Source of the DNA: Mantamonas sphyraenae STR306
Taxonomy: Eukaryota > Protista > CRuMs
Direction: 5' to 3'
DNA: 64,000 nt
NCBI GenBank assembly: GCA_026936335.1
Contig: JAPMXV010000056.1
Span: 248,001 to 312,000, forward strand
Every line of letters starts with the position of its first letter. Within the stretch, counting starts at the first letter, position 1. The notes beneath the pieces were generated by a model. That model searched no databases. It was not told the DNA's origin and saw only the letters and a list, made by a program, of their open reading frames with translations. This document shows, piece after piece, positions 50,901-61,700 of this stretch. A program made the position numbers and the translations under genes.

Positions 50901-51207
50901 CGCCGTGGAGATGGTGGCCGACGGCGATGCCGCAGGCGCCTCCACGGCTGAGGATGACGAGGACGACGATGGCAATGCCATCCAACAGCACACCGGAACG
51001 GGTGCGATGGATGCCGAGCAGCAGGACGGCAGCAGCGACGGAGCGCGGGTGTCCCGCAAGCGTGGACGGGATGATTTGGAACTGGAGGAGCAGGAGCAGG
51101 CGGAGGACGGCGAGGATGGGGAAGAGGATGACGAGGACACAGCCATGGCCATGGCAAAGAGACAACGTGTCGGACCGTCGCCAATGCTGGTGGAAGCAAC
51201 AGGATGA
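47999..51207 (+). CDS. RRN3: RNA polymerase I transcription initiation factor RRN3, multi-exon
   Basis: KLIDIDVEI, AEKLDLMM, VLTIHKCKYTQFLLFY, VAYLASFLARS, FYAMCQALFYIICFK, FNPLSVC, LDTFFPFDPYLL. Confidence 0.92.
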
Positions 51208-51371
51208 TCTGAAGTGAATTGCAACAAAAACAACAACAATGATGTGTTTTTTTGACAACATGATGCAAACCATTGAGAGAGTACACGTGTACGTGTACAG
51301 GTGTGGCCTGTGTGACAGGGAGTGCTGTGTTGTTGTTGTTGCCTTTGTTGTCTGGGCGTTCTGTGGTCCAC

Positions 51372-52613
51372 TTACGCATCATCGGGCTTGACGCACACCC
51401 AATGGGCACACTCGTAGACATGCTGGAGCATGTTGCGATGGTTGACACTGTAGGTGCACTCGACAAATTCGACGTCGCCCTGAAATCGGAATCCGACGCC
51501 CTCGATCATGGCCACCACCTCCTCCAGCGTGAGTTCGATGCTCTGTGTGTGACTGTTTGTGTAATGGTACATGAGGGGACCCAGGTTGGCCCAGACGCCA
51601 CCGGGGCGCAGCATGCGATAGAAGAGTTCCACGTACTCCACAATGTTCTTTGCGGTGTCCACAAAGAAACAGCTGGCAATGCCATCCCAGTCGCCATCGT
51701 CACGTGCGTAACATTCCAACATGTCGCCTGCCACCATGCTGAATGACACGTGGTCAGGCAACGCCTGTGTGTGCACGTCGGGCACAAGCACCTCACGCAA
51801 TTGGTCCTCCTTGCTCTTGTGGTTGCTCATCGTATGCACCCACGGGTGCACACGGTACATCTCCACCTCCCTCATGTGGTTCAGCACCAGGTTGGATGCA
51901 AACAGCATGTATGCGCTAAACTCGTTCCCCTGGCTGTGATACCCTCGTTGGGCAAACTCCCACACAAGCCGCCCCAGCCCGGCTCCAGGCACCATGATAC
52001 GAGGCACTCGCTCCGGTGCCTCCTTCACATCTGCTTCGTCCACAGGCAGGTACGTTTCCATGTCCTGGATCAATGGGCCATAGCAGGCGTCCCGTTCTTC
52101 CGCGCCGTCGCTGCTCCAGTCCCGCGCAATCTGCCGCAACGTCGACTCCACACGCGACACCTGTTCGTTGCTCACCACATGCACCCTTCCATCCCCTTTG
52201 TACTGTTCCATCAGTGCTTGCAGTCCCGACGATGCCACCAGAGCCTTGATCAGCTCGTAGTTCACTTGCATCGCCTCTTCCATCTCCTCCATCCGTGTGT
52301 GGTACCCGGGAATCAACGCCTGGTGTGCTTCAGACAACGATTGCCACTGAAGGTACATCCGGTGGCACACGTCCATCCCGTGCGTCTCGTAGTACTCAAA
52401 CGCACGCAGCACCTCGGCAAAGTGAGCCTCTTCCTCCTCCTGCTCACTCATGTCATTGCCCTTGTCATCCTCCTCTCGTACGTTGCGAGCAAACCCTTCC
52501 AGCAACGATCCCTCCTCTCCTTCCGACTCCTCTCCCGACACGGATTCCACTTCAGCCACGTCGTCCAACTCCATGACTTTGTGCTTCTCAAAACTTGTTC
52601 TTGTGGCTTCCAT
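51372..52613 (-). CDS. CARNMT1: Carnosine N-methyltransferase / N2227-like SAM methyltransferase
   Basis: STLRQIARDWSSDGAEERDACY, VPGAGLGRL, QGNEFS.YML, MVAGD, CFFVDTAKN, PGGVWANLGPLMYHY. Confidence 0.92.
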   Translation of the reverse strand: MEATRTSFEKHKVMELDDVAEVESVSGEESEGEEGSLLEGFARNVREEDDKGNDMSEQEEEEAHFAEVLRAFEYYETHGMDVCHRMYLQWQSLSEAHQALIPGYHTRMEEMEEAMQVNYELIKALVASSGLQALMEQYKGDGRVHVVSNEQVSRVESTLRQIARDWSSDGAEERDACYGPLIQDMETYLPVDEADVKEAPERVPRIMVPGAGLGRLVWEFAQRGYHSQGNEFSAYMLFASNLVLNHMREVEMYRVHPWVHTMSNHKSKEDQLREVLVPDVHTQALPDHVSFSMVAGDMLECYARDDGDWDGIASCFFVDTAKNIVEYVELFYRMLRPGGVWANLGPLMYHYTNSHTQSIELTLEEVVAMIEGVGFRFQGDVEFVECTYSVNHRNMLQHVYECAHWVCVKPDDA

Positions 52614-52651
52614 TGCGGCTGGGATGCCGTATCCAACTCTCTTCCCCCCAC

Positions 52652-52692
52652 CCCTCACCTCACCTCACCTCACCTCACCTCACCTCACCTCA
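52652..52692. repeat. (CCTCA)n pentanucleotide microsatellite, ~8 units
   Basis: cctcacctcacctca... between the CARNMT1 start and the kinesin stop. Confidence 0.9.
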
Positions 52693-55374
52693 TCGAGTGC
52701 CCTGAAACTTGCGTGTCGACTCCAGCTGCGACTTTTGTCGCAGTTTGCGCCTGGCCGAGTAGAACGCACTTGCCTCGGGCGCCTCTGCTTCGATGCGCTG
52801 CGTTTCCAGCTTCTCCCACAGTTCGCCATAGTCCAACACATCCTGGTTCTCGTCCACCATCCGATCACGATCGATGCCATCCAGTTCCTCGCGCGACAGA
52901 CGTCCCATGCCCGCTGCTGCTGCTGCTGCTTTCCCTTTCCCTTTCCCACCCCGCTCGACGACGACGACGACTGGTCTCCTCCATGCATGGCATGGTATCT
53001 GTCTGCATCCGGGTACGTGCTCTCGTACCACTCGTTGAACTGGCCGATGAGCTCGCCGCGAATGCTCTGCACGGCGGCCTCCTGCGCACGCAGCTCCTCC
53101 TTGATGTCATTCATGGCAGCAAAACGTTCTTTGTACGCCTTTTTGCATGCTTTGAGCTCGGCCAACACTTCGTACTCCTCTTCGTCAATCACCTCCAGCT
53201 CCTCGCCGTTGCGCAACACCTTGGGTGCATTGGCACGCTCTTGCCGCTTAAACTCCAGTCGGATGCGAGCACTGTCAATGGCCGCCTTGCTGTCATTCAC
53301 GGCAATGCCTGCGCGTCGCAGTGCCACCTTGTGTGCCTTGATTGCCTGTTTGCCTGCAATCAGCTGCTTGTTGAGGCCCCCTCCACCACCTTCTTCTGCT
53401 CCTCCCTTGCCGTTCCTACCCTCCTCGCCTGCCTTGTCGTCATCCTCCTGTGCCCCGTCCACGTTCTGTTTGTAGTATGCAAACGCCTCCTCGCGTGTCG
53501 GCGGCGCCGCCTGTCCATCCGGACGCTGGTCTTCCTCGGTGATCTCTGTGTCCACACCTGCCATCGGATCATGCGACGACGACGACGACGACGACGACGA
53601 GTTGCCACCGCCGCTTTCACCTCCTTTGTCACCCACAGCACGCAGTTGGATGCGCTTGCCTCCCGATGTGGTGCTGCCCAGCCCGTTGGCTCCCACACGC
53701 CCTCCCACAGGCGCGTTCGGGTTCAGTGGACGTGCCTCTGCGCCCGCACGTCCCAACGCAAACCCACTCGACTCCAAATCGCCCACCGGCTGGCTGTTGC
53801 TCGCCTGCTGCTTGCCACGCGCAGACAGGTTACCGCCGCCCGACGATGACGATGACGATGACGACGACGACGATGACGACTGCCCTCCACCCTGCTGCGA
53901 TTGGGCAAACTTTGCACGCAACTTGTCCTCGACTTCGTTTTCGATCTGACGCACATAGACGCGAAACTGCATAAACACCTCGCGGACCTGACGCAGGTTG
54001 ACAATGTCAATCTCCTCGAGTTCGCCACGGGTGTACGCCTTGACGGTGTTGTACAGCTCGTAGCGTTGCTCCTCGCTGTACGGTTCGTAGTTGATGTGGC
54101 TGCGGTTGGCAATGGCGTCGTGCATGGCCAACTCCTCCTTGAGGTCGCGCACCTCCCGTTCCAGCTTTTTCACCATCGCCTCCGCGTCGTAGCGCACGTT
54201 GACCTCCACCTCGTTGCGAACGTTCATCATGCGCGACGCAAACTTGAGTGTGGACACTGTCTCCTCCAGAAACTTGGCTTCGGGCCACACATTGGCCACC
54301 AGATAGGTGTTTGCGTTACCCCCCAGCGAATCCTTGAGCATGTTTGTCAGCTTACACTGACGATACGGCACATGCCTGCGTTTCTTGTCCTCCAACGCCA
54401 TCACCACCTGTTCCAGAAACGCCAACGAGCGGTTGATGCTCATGGCCTCCTGCAACTGCCGCCCCTCCGAGCCCGTCTTTGCCACCCGTTCGCTGCCTGC
54501 CAAATCCACCAGATTCAACTTGGCCGTGAGCAGCTTCTCCGTGGATTCCACCTTGCTCTGCGACTGGATGTGCATCGTAAAGATGCAATGCGACCTGGAA
54601 CTGCGTGCGTTCAACGAGTGCTCATCCACCGCCCGGTTCTCCTCCCCTTCAAAGAACGCATGCAACGCCTCCTCCGCATTGCGCACCTCACGATGTGTCA
54701 ACCCACGCACCACCACACTTCCATCCGACGCCTCCACCACATGGATTTCCGGTGTCCCCTGCTCAAATGCCCCCTGCGGGTTCAGCAGGTCAAACGCAAC
54801 CTCGTTGTACAGCTCCACATACGAGATCTTCACAAGAAACTCCGTCTCCGGTCGCTCTCCAATCTTGCCAAACACGTCTGCAATCGCACGTGGGATGATT
54901 CCCCGGTATTTGTACTCTCCCGAGCCGCACTGGCGGGCGTTTGCAAGGAACCGGGGGGGGAACCGCGATGGTCGTGGGCCAAGACCACAAAAATCGCCCA
55001 TACACCCGTGCTACAGGGTCAGTGGAACGCCATGCTTCGCTTTCAATGTGCGTATGTATCGTTGTGTGTGGCTTCTGCGTGGTCACGTGTCCTGCTTACC
55101 ATCGTAAAGGTCTTGCCGGCGCCGGTTTGGCCGTAGGCCATCACCGTGCCGTTCTGGCCCTTGAGTGCTTGGCTGACGATTTCCTCGCACACAGTGGCGT
55201 ACACGGTGTCCTGTGAGGCATTGTGCAGCACCTCGTCATAACTGAATGCCCATTCTGTCTTTTGGTTGTTCACGGCGCCACCACTCTCCTTCTTGGCTGC
55301 ATAAACGTCGATTGTCTGTGTGCCAAGGGTCAAACGGTCAGAAAGGAGATCGCTCACCTCACACTCTCCCTCTC

Positions 55375-55413
<39 letters not shown>

Positions 55414-55509
55414 GCTGAGACTCACCTTGCCATCAATGGCAATCTTGTCCTGTGCAAAGCTGCCTGTGGGTCGAGTGCGAATGGCCACTTTGACGGCCGA
55501 CTTTGTCAT
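52690..55509 (-). CDS. KIF9: Kinesin-9 family motor (KIF9/KLP1-like), 3 exons, apparent frameshift near 52950
   Basis: VKVAIRTRPT, P-loop GQTGAGKTFTM, SSRSH, LVDLAGSER, HVPYRQCKLT..LKDSLGG, family tail LKEELAMHD...INYEPYSEEQ. Confidence 0.85.
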
Positions 55510-55658
55510 CGTGCTTTCGTTTTGCCTCGACCCTCGCATGCACACCCACACGCATGACACACACACACACACACAGAGAGAGAGATCACACATCCCATGC
55601 ACTCATGGACCCATCACCACTCCCCCCATTGCAACCAAGTAAACAAACAAGGGGGTCC

Positions 55659-56464
55659 ATGTCAGCACGCACGTCGTCCTTCCTCGTCCGCACCATCCCC
55701 ATTCTGGAAGACAACTTTGCATACTGTCTCATCGACGAGAGCAGTCGCATGGCAATGCTGGTGGATCCTGCGGAACCCAAGACGATTGCCAAGGCACTGG
55801 AGGCGGAAGAATACGACGGGGTGGTGATCAAGGCCATCCTCACCACACACCACCATTGGGACCATGGCAACGGCAACAAGGAGATGTGTCGCATTGTGGA
55901 CACCATCAGCACAGTGTACGGGGGCGACGAACGTGTGCAGGGTTGACGGAGCTGGTGAAGCAGGACGACACCATTCCGCTTGGCGACAACACACACATCC
56001 GAGTGCTGGAGGCACCGTGTCACACAAAGGGACACGTGTTGTACCACGTTTCGGACAAGGAAGGAGTGCGTGCAGATGCCCTCTTCACAGGGGACACCCT
56101 GTTCATTGGCGGCTGCGGTCGATTCTTTGAAGGCGACGCACAGCAGATGCTGGCCAACTTTGACACCATTGCTGCCATGGATGACAACACAGAGCTGTAT
56201 GTGGGCCATGAGTACACTTTGGCCAACCTTCGCTTTGCCCAGAGCGTGGAACCGGAGAACAAAGAGCTGCAAGACGCCGTGGACTGCTTCACAGTCATGC
56301 GTGATGAGGGCCTCCCGACCACCCCAAGCACAGTCGCTCTGGAAAAGTCATTCAATCCCTTCATGCGCACCCGCGAGGCCACTGTGGCCGCCTATGCCAA
56401 CGAATCCGAGCCCGAACGTGTGATGAATGCCTTGCGAGAGGCAAAGAACAGCTTCAAGGGGTGA
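55659..56464 (+). CDS. HAGH: Hydroxyacylglutathione hydrolase (glyoxalase II), apparent frameshift near 55941
   Basis: DNFAY, VDPAEP, THHHWDH, PCHTKGH, LFTGDTLFIGGCGRFFEG, GHEYT, EKSFNPFMR. Confidence 0.93.
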
Positions 56465-57705
56465 ATGGCATCAGTACTGGAGTGCATGTGGATTTTGATG
56501 GACTGGTGGAGGGTGTTGTGGGCGTTGGTGATGTTTGGTAGAATGAATTGATCACATTGGAAGTCCTCATCGTCTCCCCAATCGTCCAAGTCCTCCACGT
56601 CGTCAAACAGCTCCACAGAGGAGCCTGTGTCGTCCAACACCATGGCGTGTTGCTGGTCCACCTTTGCCTTGCCTTTGCTTCGCCTTGTCTCCTCCTCCCT
56701 CCACTCCTGTTGCTGTTGCTGTTGCTGTTGCTGTTCCTCCTCCTGCCTTCTCCTCCTCGCACGTGCTTCGCTTTCGTTCAGCTCCATGGCCATTTGCAAT
56801 GCTGCTGCTGCCTCATCGTCATCCTCCTCGTCTTCATCCTCACTGTCATAAACCACCTGCACTCTCCTTTCCCCCACCCCCACCCCCACACCTCCACCTC
56901 CACGACTACCACTGCTGCTACCACTGCTGCTGCTGCTACTACTGCTACTACTGCTGCTACTTTGTGCCTCTGCCTCCACCTGCGTCTCGATGTTCTCCAT
57001 CAGCTCGCTGAGCAAATCCTCGTCCAGTTCGTCGTCCTCAAACCCCAAGTCTCCCCTCTCCAACCCCAACACCTCCTCTTGTGGCTCCTGTACTGGCTTC
57101 AACCCAAGCACGTCCCTCTTGCGTGCCTCCTCCGCCTCCAGTTTGCGTCTTTGCTCCGCCTGAAGTGATGCCACAGAGCCCCCCAGCACCAGGCAGGTGT
57201 GTGGATCCAACAGCAACATGCCACGACGCACAATGCCCTTGCGTATGTACAACTTGCACCCTGGCTGTGTGTTGACACTCAAATCCCTGCACCGCAGCAG
57301 TTCAAAGGCGTACAGGACGTGTGTGCCGTCTGTGAGACACGCCTTGAGTGTGCGTTGCTCTGGTTTGTCGTCCACAAACCGCATGCGCTCCTCATGTGCC
57401 TTGCCCATGTCCATCAGCTCATTCACCTGCAACATGGCACTGTCGATCACCCATGTGCCCTCCGTCTCAAGCTTCCGCTCGTCCAGCACCGACATCGACG
57501 ACACGCTCATGTCCGCGTACAGGAACTGTTCAAACACAGCATCCACCACCGCTTCTGGCACCACACCGTCGCTCACCTGACCCATGTCAATCAGTCCACG
57601 CCGCTCCAACTCACCCACACACTCCTCCAACCATGACGGCTGCAGTTGCACGTGTTTGTTCCTGACCAGTTCCTGATTCAACGCCTCCAGCCCTTCCTCA
57701 CTCAT
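56392..57705 (-). CDS. RMI1: RecQ-mediated genome instability protein 1-like (N-terminal helical plus OB1 domain, acidic tail); 3' end uncertain
   Basis: WLEECV, FEQFLYADM, LQVNELMDMG, RTLKACLTDG, TQPGCKL, VRRGMLLL..C.VLGGSV. Confidence 0.8.
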   Translation of the reverse strand: MSEEGLEALNQELVRNKHVQLQPSWLEECVGELERRGLIDMGQVSDGVVPEAVVDAVFEQFLYADMSVSSMSVLDERKLETEGTWVIDSAMLQVNELMDMGKAHEERMRFVDDKPEQRTLKACLTDGTHVLYAFELLRCRDLSVNTQPGCKLYIRKGIVRRGMLLLDPHTCLVLGGSVASLQAEQRRKLEAEEARKRDVLGLKPVQEPQEEVLGLERGDLGFEDDELDEDLLSELMENIETQVEAEAQSSSSSSSSSSSSSGSSSGSRGGGGVGVGVGERRVQVVYDSEDEDEEDDDEAAAALQMAMELNESEARARRRRQEEEQQQQQQQQQEWREEETRRSKGKAKVDQQHAMVLDDTGSSVELFDDVEDLDDWGDDEDFQCDQFILPNITNAHNTLHQSIKIHMHSSTDAIHPLKLFFASRKAFITRSGSDSLA

Positions 57706-57866
57706 CTGCACTGCACTGCACACACACACACACACATCCACACATGGGGGGAGGGGCATACATACACGCATGGCACGTGTGTTGTGTCAGTCACTCGTTT
57801 CCCATCTCGTCCTACCCCAACCCATCACTCACCCCACACACACGCACACGCCCTCACTTGGCCAAG

Positions 57867-58730
57867 ATGTCGCGCACCGCCCTCTTCCTCATTGCACTCG
57901 TGCTTGCCTCTGTGGCGCTGGCCCAGGACGACTACACCAACCTCCTCCAGCAGGACGAGGCTGCAGACGCCACCGCCAACGACGTGGCCTACAGCAGCAA
58001 CGGCAAGGTTGAGGTGGCCAAGATTGTCACGGCCCAGGGCAACAACTACGCCGTCCGCGTCGAGGTCAAGCCCCTCGTCGGCGGAATCTCCAACATCCGC
58101 ATTGTCGATTCCCTCCCAGAGTCCCTCGATCTGGTTACGGGCTCCCTTGTCGTCAAGGCCAAGCAGGAGGTGCGTGCCCAGCCCTTCCCTGCATTTCCCC
58201 CCCCCCCCCCCGCCCACGTCACTCACTCTCTCCTCTCTCACAACCCCACCCCCCGCCACAACACACACACACACATTCACAGAGCCAGCAGGCTTCTGTG
58301 AGCAACGCATACACCGTCAAGCCCGACGTCAACCTCAAGCTCAGTGCCCCGACCCTCTCTGTCGAGCTGCCCGGTGCAGGTCAGTTTTTGGCCCTCGCGC
58401 CATCATCTTTTGCCTCTCTCTCTCTCGTGCCTTTGCCTGCCCGTCCAGCGCCCAGACGATCGGATGGGCTTGTCTCTTGCCGTGTGTGCGAACCACAGCT
58501 TACGTGTGCACCCCATGCTGACCTTGTTGCCCCGCACACACCCTCCAACAGTCGTTATGTACGACCTGAACGGCAAGACCGAGGAGACCACCACCAACTC
58601 GCCCAAGGTCACCCTTTCGGTGCCCAAATTCACTGGTTCCATCGATGCCACATACATTGTCGCCGGCGTGTCTCTGGTCCTGCCCGTGGTCGCCGCCGTC
58701 ACTCTCATTGGTCTGTTTGGCTCTCGCTGA
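57867..58730 (+). CDS. Type I membrane protein, TRAP-beta (SSR2)-like, 3 exons
   Basis: Signal peptide MSRTALFLIALVLASVALA; DSLPESLDLVTGSLVVK..VSNAYTVKP; C-terminal TM helix; introns ~58170-58281 and ~58380-58551. Confidence 0.5.
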
Positions 58731-58779
58731 AGCAAATCAAATCCAAGTTTGAATTCCATTCTCGCCCTGCCTGTGTCCG

Positions 58780-61700
58780 TCACCCATCCCACTCTTCGAA
58801 ATCGTCCAGTCCCAATCCATCGCCGCCGACGTATGCTTCGATGTCCAGTTCGCAGGTGCGGGAACTCTTGGGTTCGGTGCCGGCGAGCATGCCTGGCTGC
58901 GGTTCGCCCACGGTGCCCTCGCCCATGTAATACTTGTTGGTGAGGAACTCATCCAGAAGGGAGTCTTTGCGTGGAGCATAGCCATGGGCACGACTCTGTG
59001 CGGCAGAGGCAATCTTGTCGTTGACCCGTTCGTAGCGTTGCAACCGTCGCACATACTTGGCCTCCTGCACCTGGGTGGCCTGCGACTGCAGCAATGACTC
59101 GCCTGCACTGGAGCTGCTGCCTGCCACAGACGACACAGTGTGTACGCCCTCCTGCTGTTGCTCCCTCTGTGTCACGTGCTGCCGCATCTTTGCTCGTGCT
59201 GCCGCCTCTCGTGCACGCCCACTGCGCGCTGAGCTGCACATGGGACAGCGTTCCTCGTCGCGCAGGCAACTGGTGTGAAACGCATGCCTGCAGTTGAACA
59301 GTGCCACCGCCACACGGTTGTCGCCCACGTTCTGGCTGCTTCCACGCAATTGCAACGGAGGCTGGTCAAACTGACCCTCGCACACGCCACACACGTCAAA
59401 CTTGGCCGTGGTTGCGTCGATGCTGCGTCGGTACAGATGGTACAAGCCTCGGAACGAGTCGTCGGCAATCAGCTTGTTGGCCGTTTCCAACAGCGTCCGT
59501 TCGTACCGGTACGTTTCCAGCATGCCCTGGATTATGCCCTTGAACTCCCCAAACTGTTCCTGGCCATGGTCGGCCACAATCTTTTTGATGATGCTTGGCA
59601 ACGCCACGTAGCCCATCATGTTGCGCAGGATGTCTTTGATCAGTCCCGTCACGTGCGAGTGCAACGCTGCATACGCGCTGGCGTGCCTGTCCTTCAATGA
59701 CCCCTGGTCACTCGTGCGTTGCGACGCACCCACCGCGTCCAGGTTCGACAGCGGAATCAGAAGCTTGTCCAGCAGCGTGAACCACAGCCGTTCACTCTCC
59801 TGGTCATCCAACCGTTGCGAATTACGCTGACACAACTGGATGCCCATGTCCAGTGTGTGCTCCAGTTGTTTCACCTCGTCCAAGTCTTCCATCCTCTCCT
59901 CCTCCTCCTCCTCCTCCTCCGCTTCCTTCTTCTCCGCTTCCTCCCCTTGCTTCTCCTCATCCTCATCCTCATCCTCCTTCCCTTGCTCACCCGCATGCAC
60001 CTTGCGCATGCGCACTGGTCCGTGCGATCGACTTCGTCGCAACAGCTCCACTCCCATGGCTCTGCTGCTTGCACGCGTGCGTCCATTCGTCGACGATTGC
60101 GATGCCAACAACAACTCCTCAGCCATCCCAGGGTTGCGTTCGAAAAAGGCCACCAGAGCATCACGCATACGTTCCAACAGCGTGTCCAGGTTGGCCACAA
60201 TCAGGTCCAATGCACCCGTCAGGTCGCCTGTGCGCTCCAACAGAAACGCCGTTGCGTCTGTGATCTTGTACTGCTGGCACAGGTGCAGACAGTGGTCCAG
60301 TCGGTAGTTGTCGTCGTTGCGCAGATACGTGTACACTGCCTCCGGTGTAAACTGGCACATCAGTTGGATGTACTGCTCCTGCAGCTGCGGCGAAATCTGG
60401 ATCCCAAACTCCGACAGGCGCTCACGTCGCGCGCGTCCACTCGGCCCCTGCACAAACGTGCCCTTCATAAACTCAAACTGGAGTTTGGGAAAGGAGCCCA
60501 GCCGTTGGATGGCTGCGTCATGCTGCGCAGGAAACACCTGCAGGATCAGCTCGGTGGCCTGTGTGGCGTCAATCTCCATCAGCTCCACCAGCGCATCCAT
60601 CACCGCACGTGTGATCTCTGCCAACTCTTTCTGGTTCAACGCCACCGCACCCTCGCCGCCACTGCCGTTTGTGTCGACACCACCAGCCCCCTGTGTGACC
60701 TGTGTGCCTGCCACCAGGCCGTGCACCCAGCGGAAGATGCTCTTGCGCCGCAGTGAATCCTTCAGGTAGCATGCCAGCACCTTGCCGTACTGTTTGCGCT
60801 TGGTGTACACCATGCGAGTCACCAGGTGGAACTCCACTGTTTCGGTCATCATCAGCACCACAGCGTCGTCGTAGGCACCCTGTGGCAAGGCCTGCAGCAA
60901 CTCCACAAGCTGCAGTTCCTTCTCCTCGGCCATGGACGACGTCTTCACACTGGTCAAGTGTTCCAACAGGTGGTTCACCATGCTGCTGTCCACAGCGTTC
61001 GCCGGCACGTGGCCGTCCACAATCAATCCCACGGCAAAGTCCAGAAACGGTTCCACAGCCTCCCACGTGTACGGCCACTCACCCCCCACTGCCTCCATCT
61101 CCTTCTTCACCGCCACCATCCGTTCCACCATCCCCTTGGTCATCCGCCTGCTTCGTCGTGCGTCCCCGTTCTCGTGCAGCGGGTCCAGCAGCAGGCTGCT
61201 CAACACACGGAACCATCGGCCCCTCTCTTCCGCCCCATACCTCTCTGCAGCTGCTGCCTCCAATGCGCGTTGCCTCTCTGCTGCCGCCGCTGCTGCCTCT
61301 CTCGCTGCCTCTGCCTGTGCCGCCGCCGCTTCTGCCTCTGCTGCCGCCTCTGCTTCTGCCACCGCCGCTTCCCGTTCCGCCTCCTCTGCTGCCGCGCGTC
61401 GTGCGCGTTCACTCTCCGAGTTTTGCCTCTCCTTCTTTGCTGTCTCTGCAGTGGTGTTGCTGCTGTTGTTGCTTGTCGACGATGATGACGATGATGACCA
61501 ACCAAACTTGCCCCAGAACGACGATGTGCTGCTTGTTTCCTCCTTCCCCTTTTCCTTCTGTTGCTGCTGCGTTTGCTGCGTTTGCTGTGTCTGCTTGTCT
61601 GCGCTCCCTGTTGACAACTGCTTCCAGTAGGATTCCGCACGTTCTCGCTTGCTGGTGGTGCTTCCTGCACTCGTGCCCGTGGTCGATGACGACGACGACG

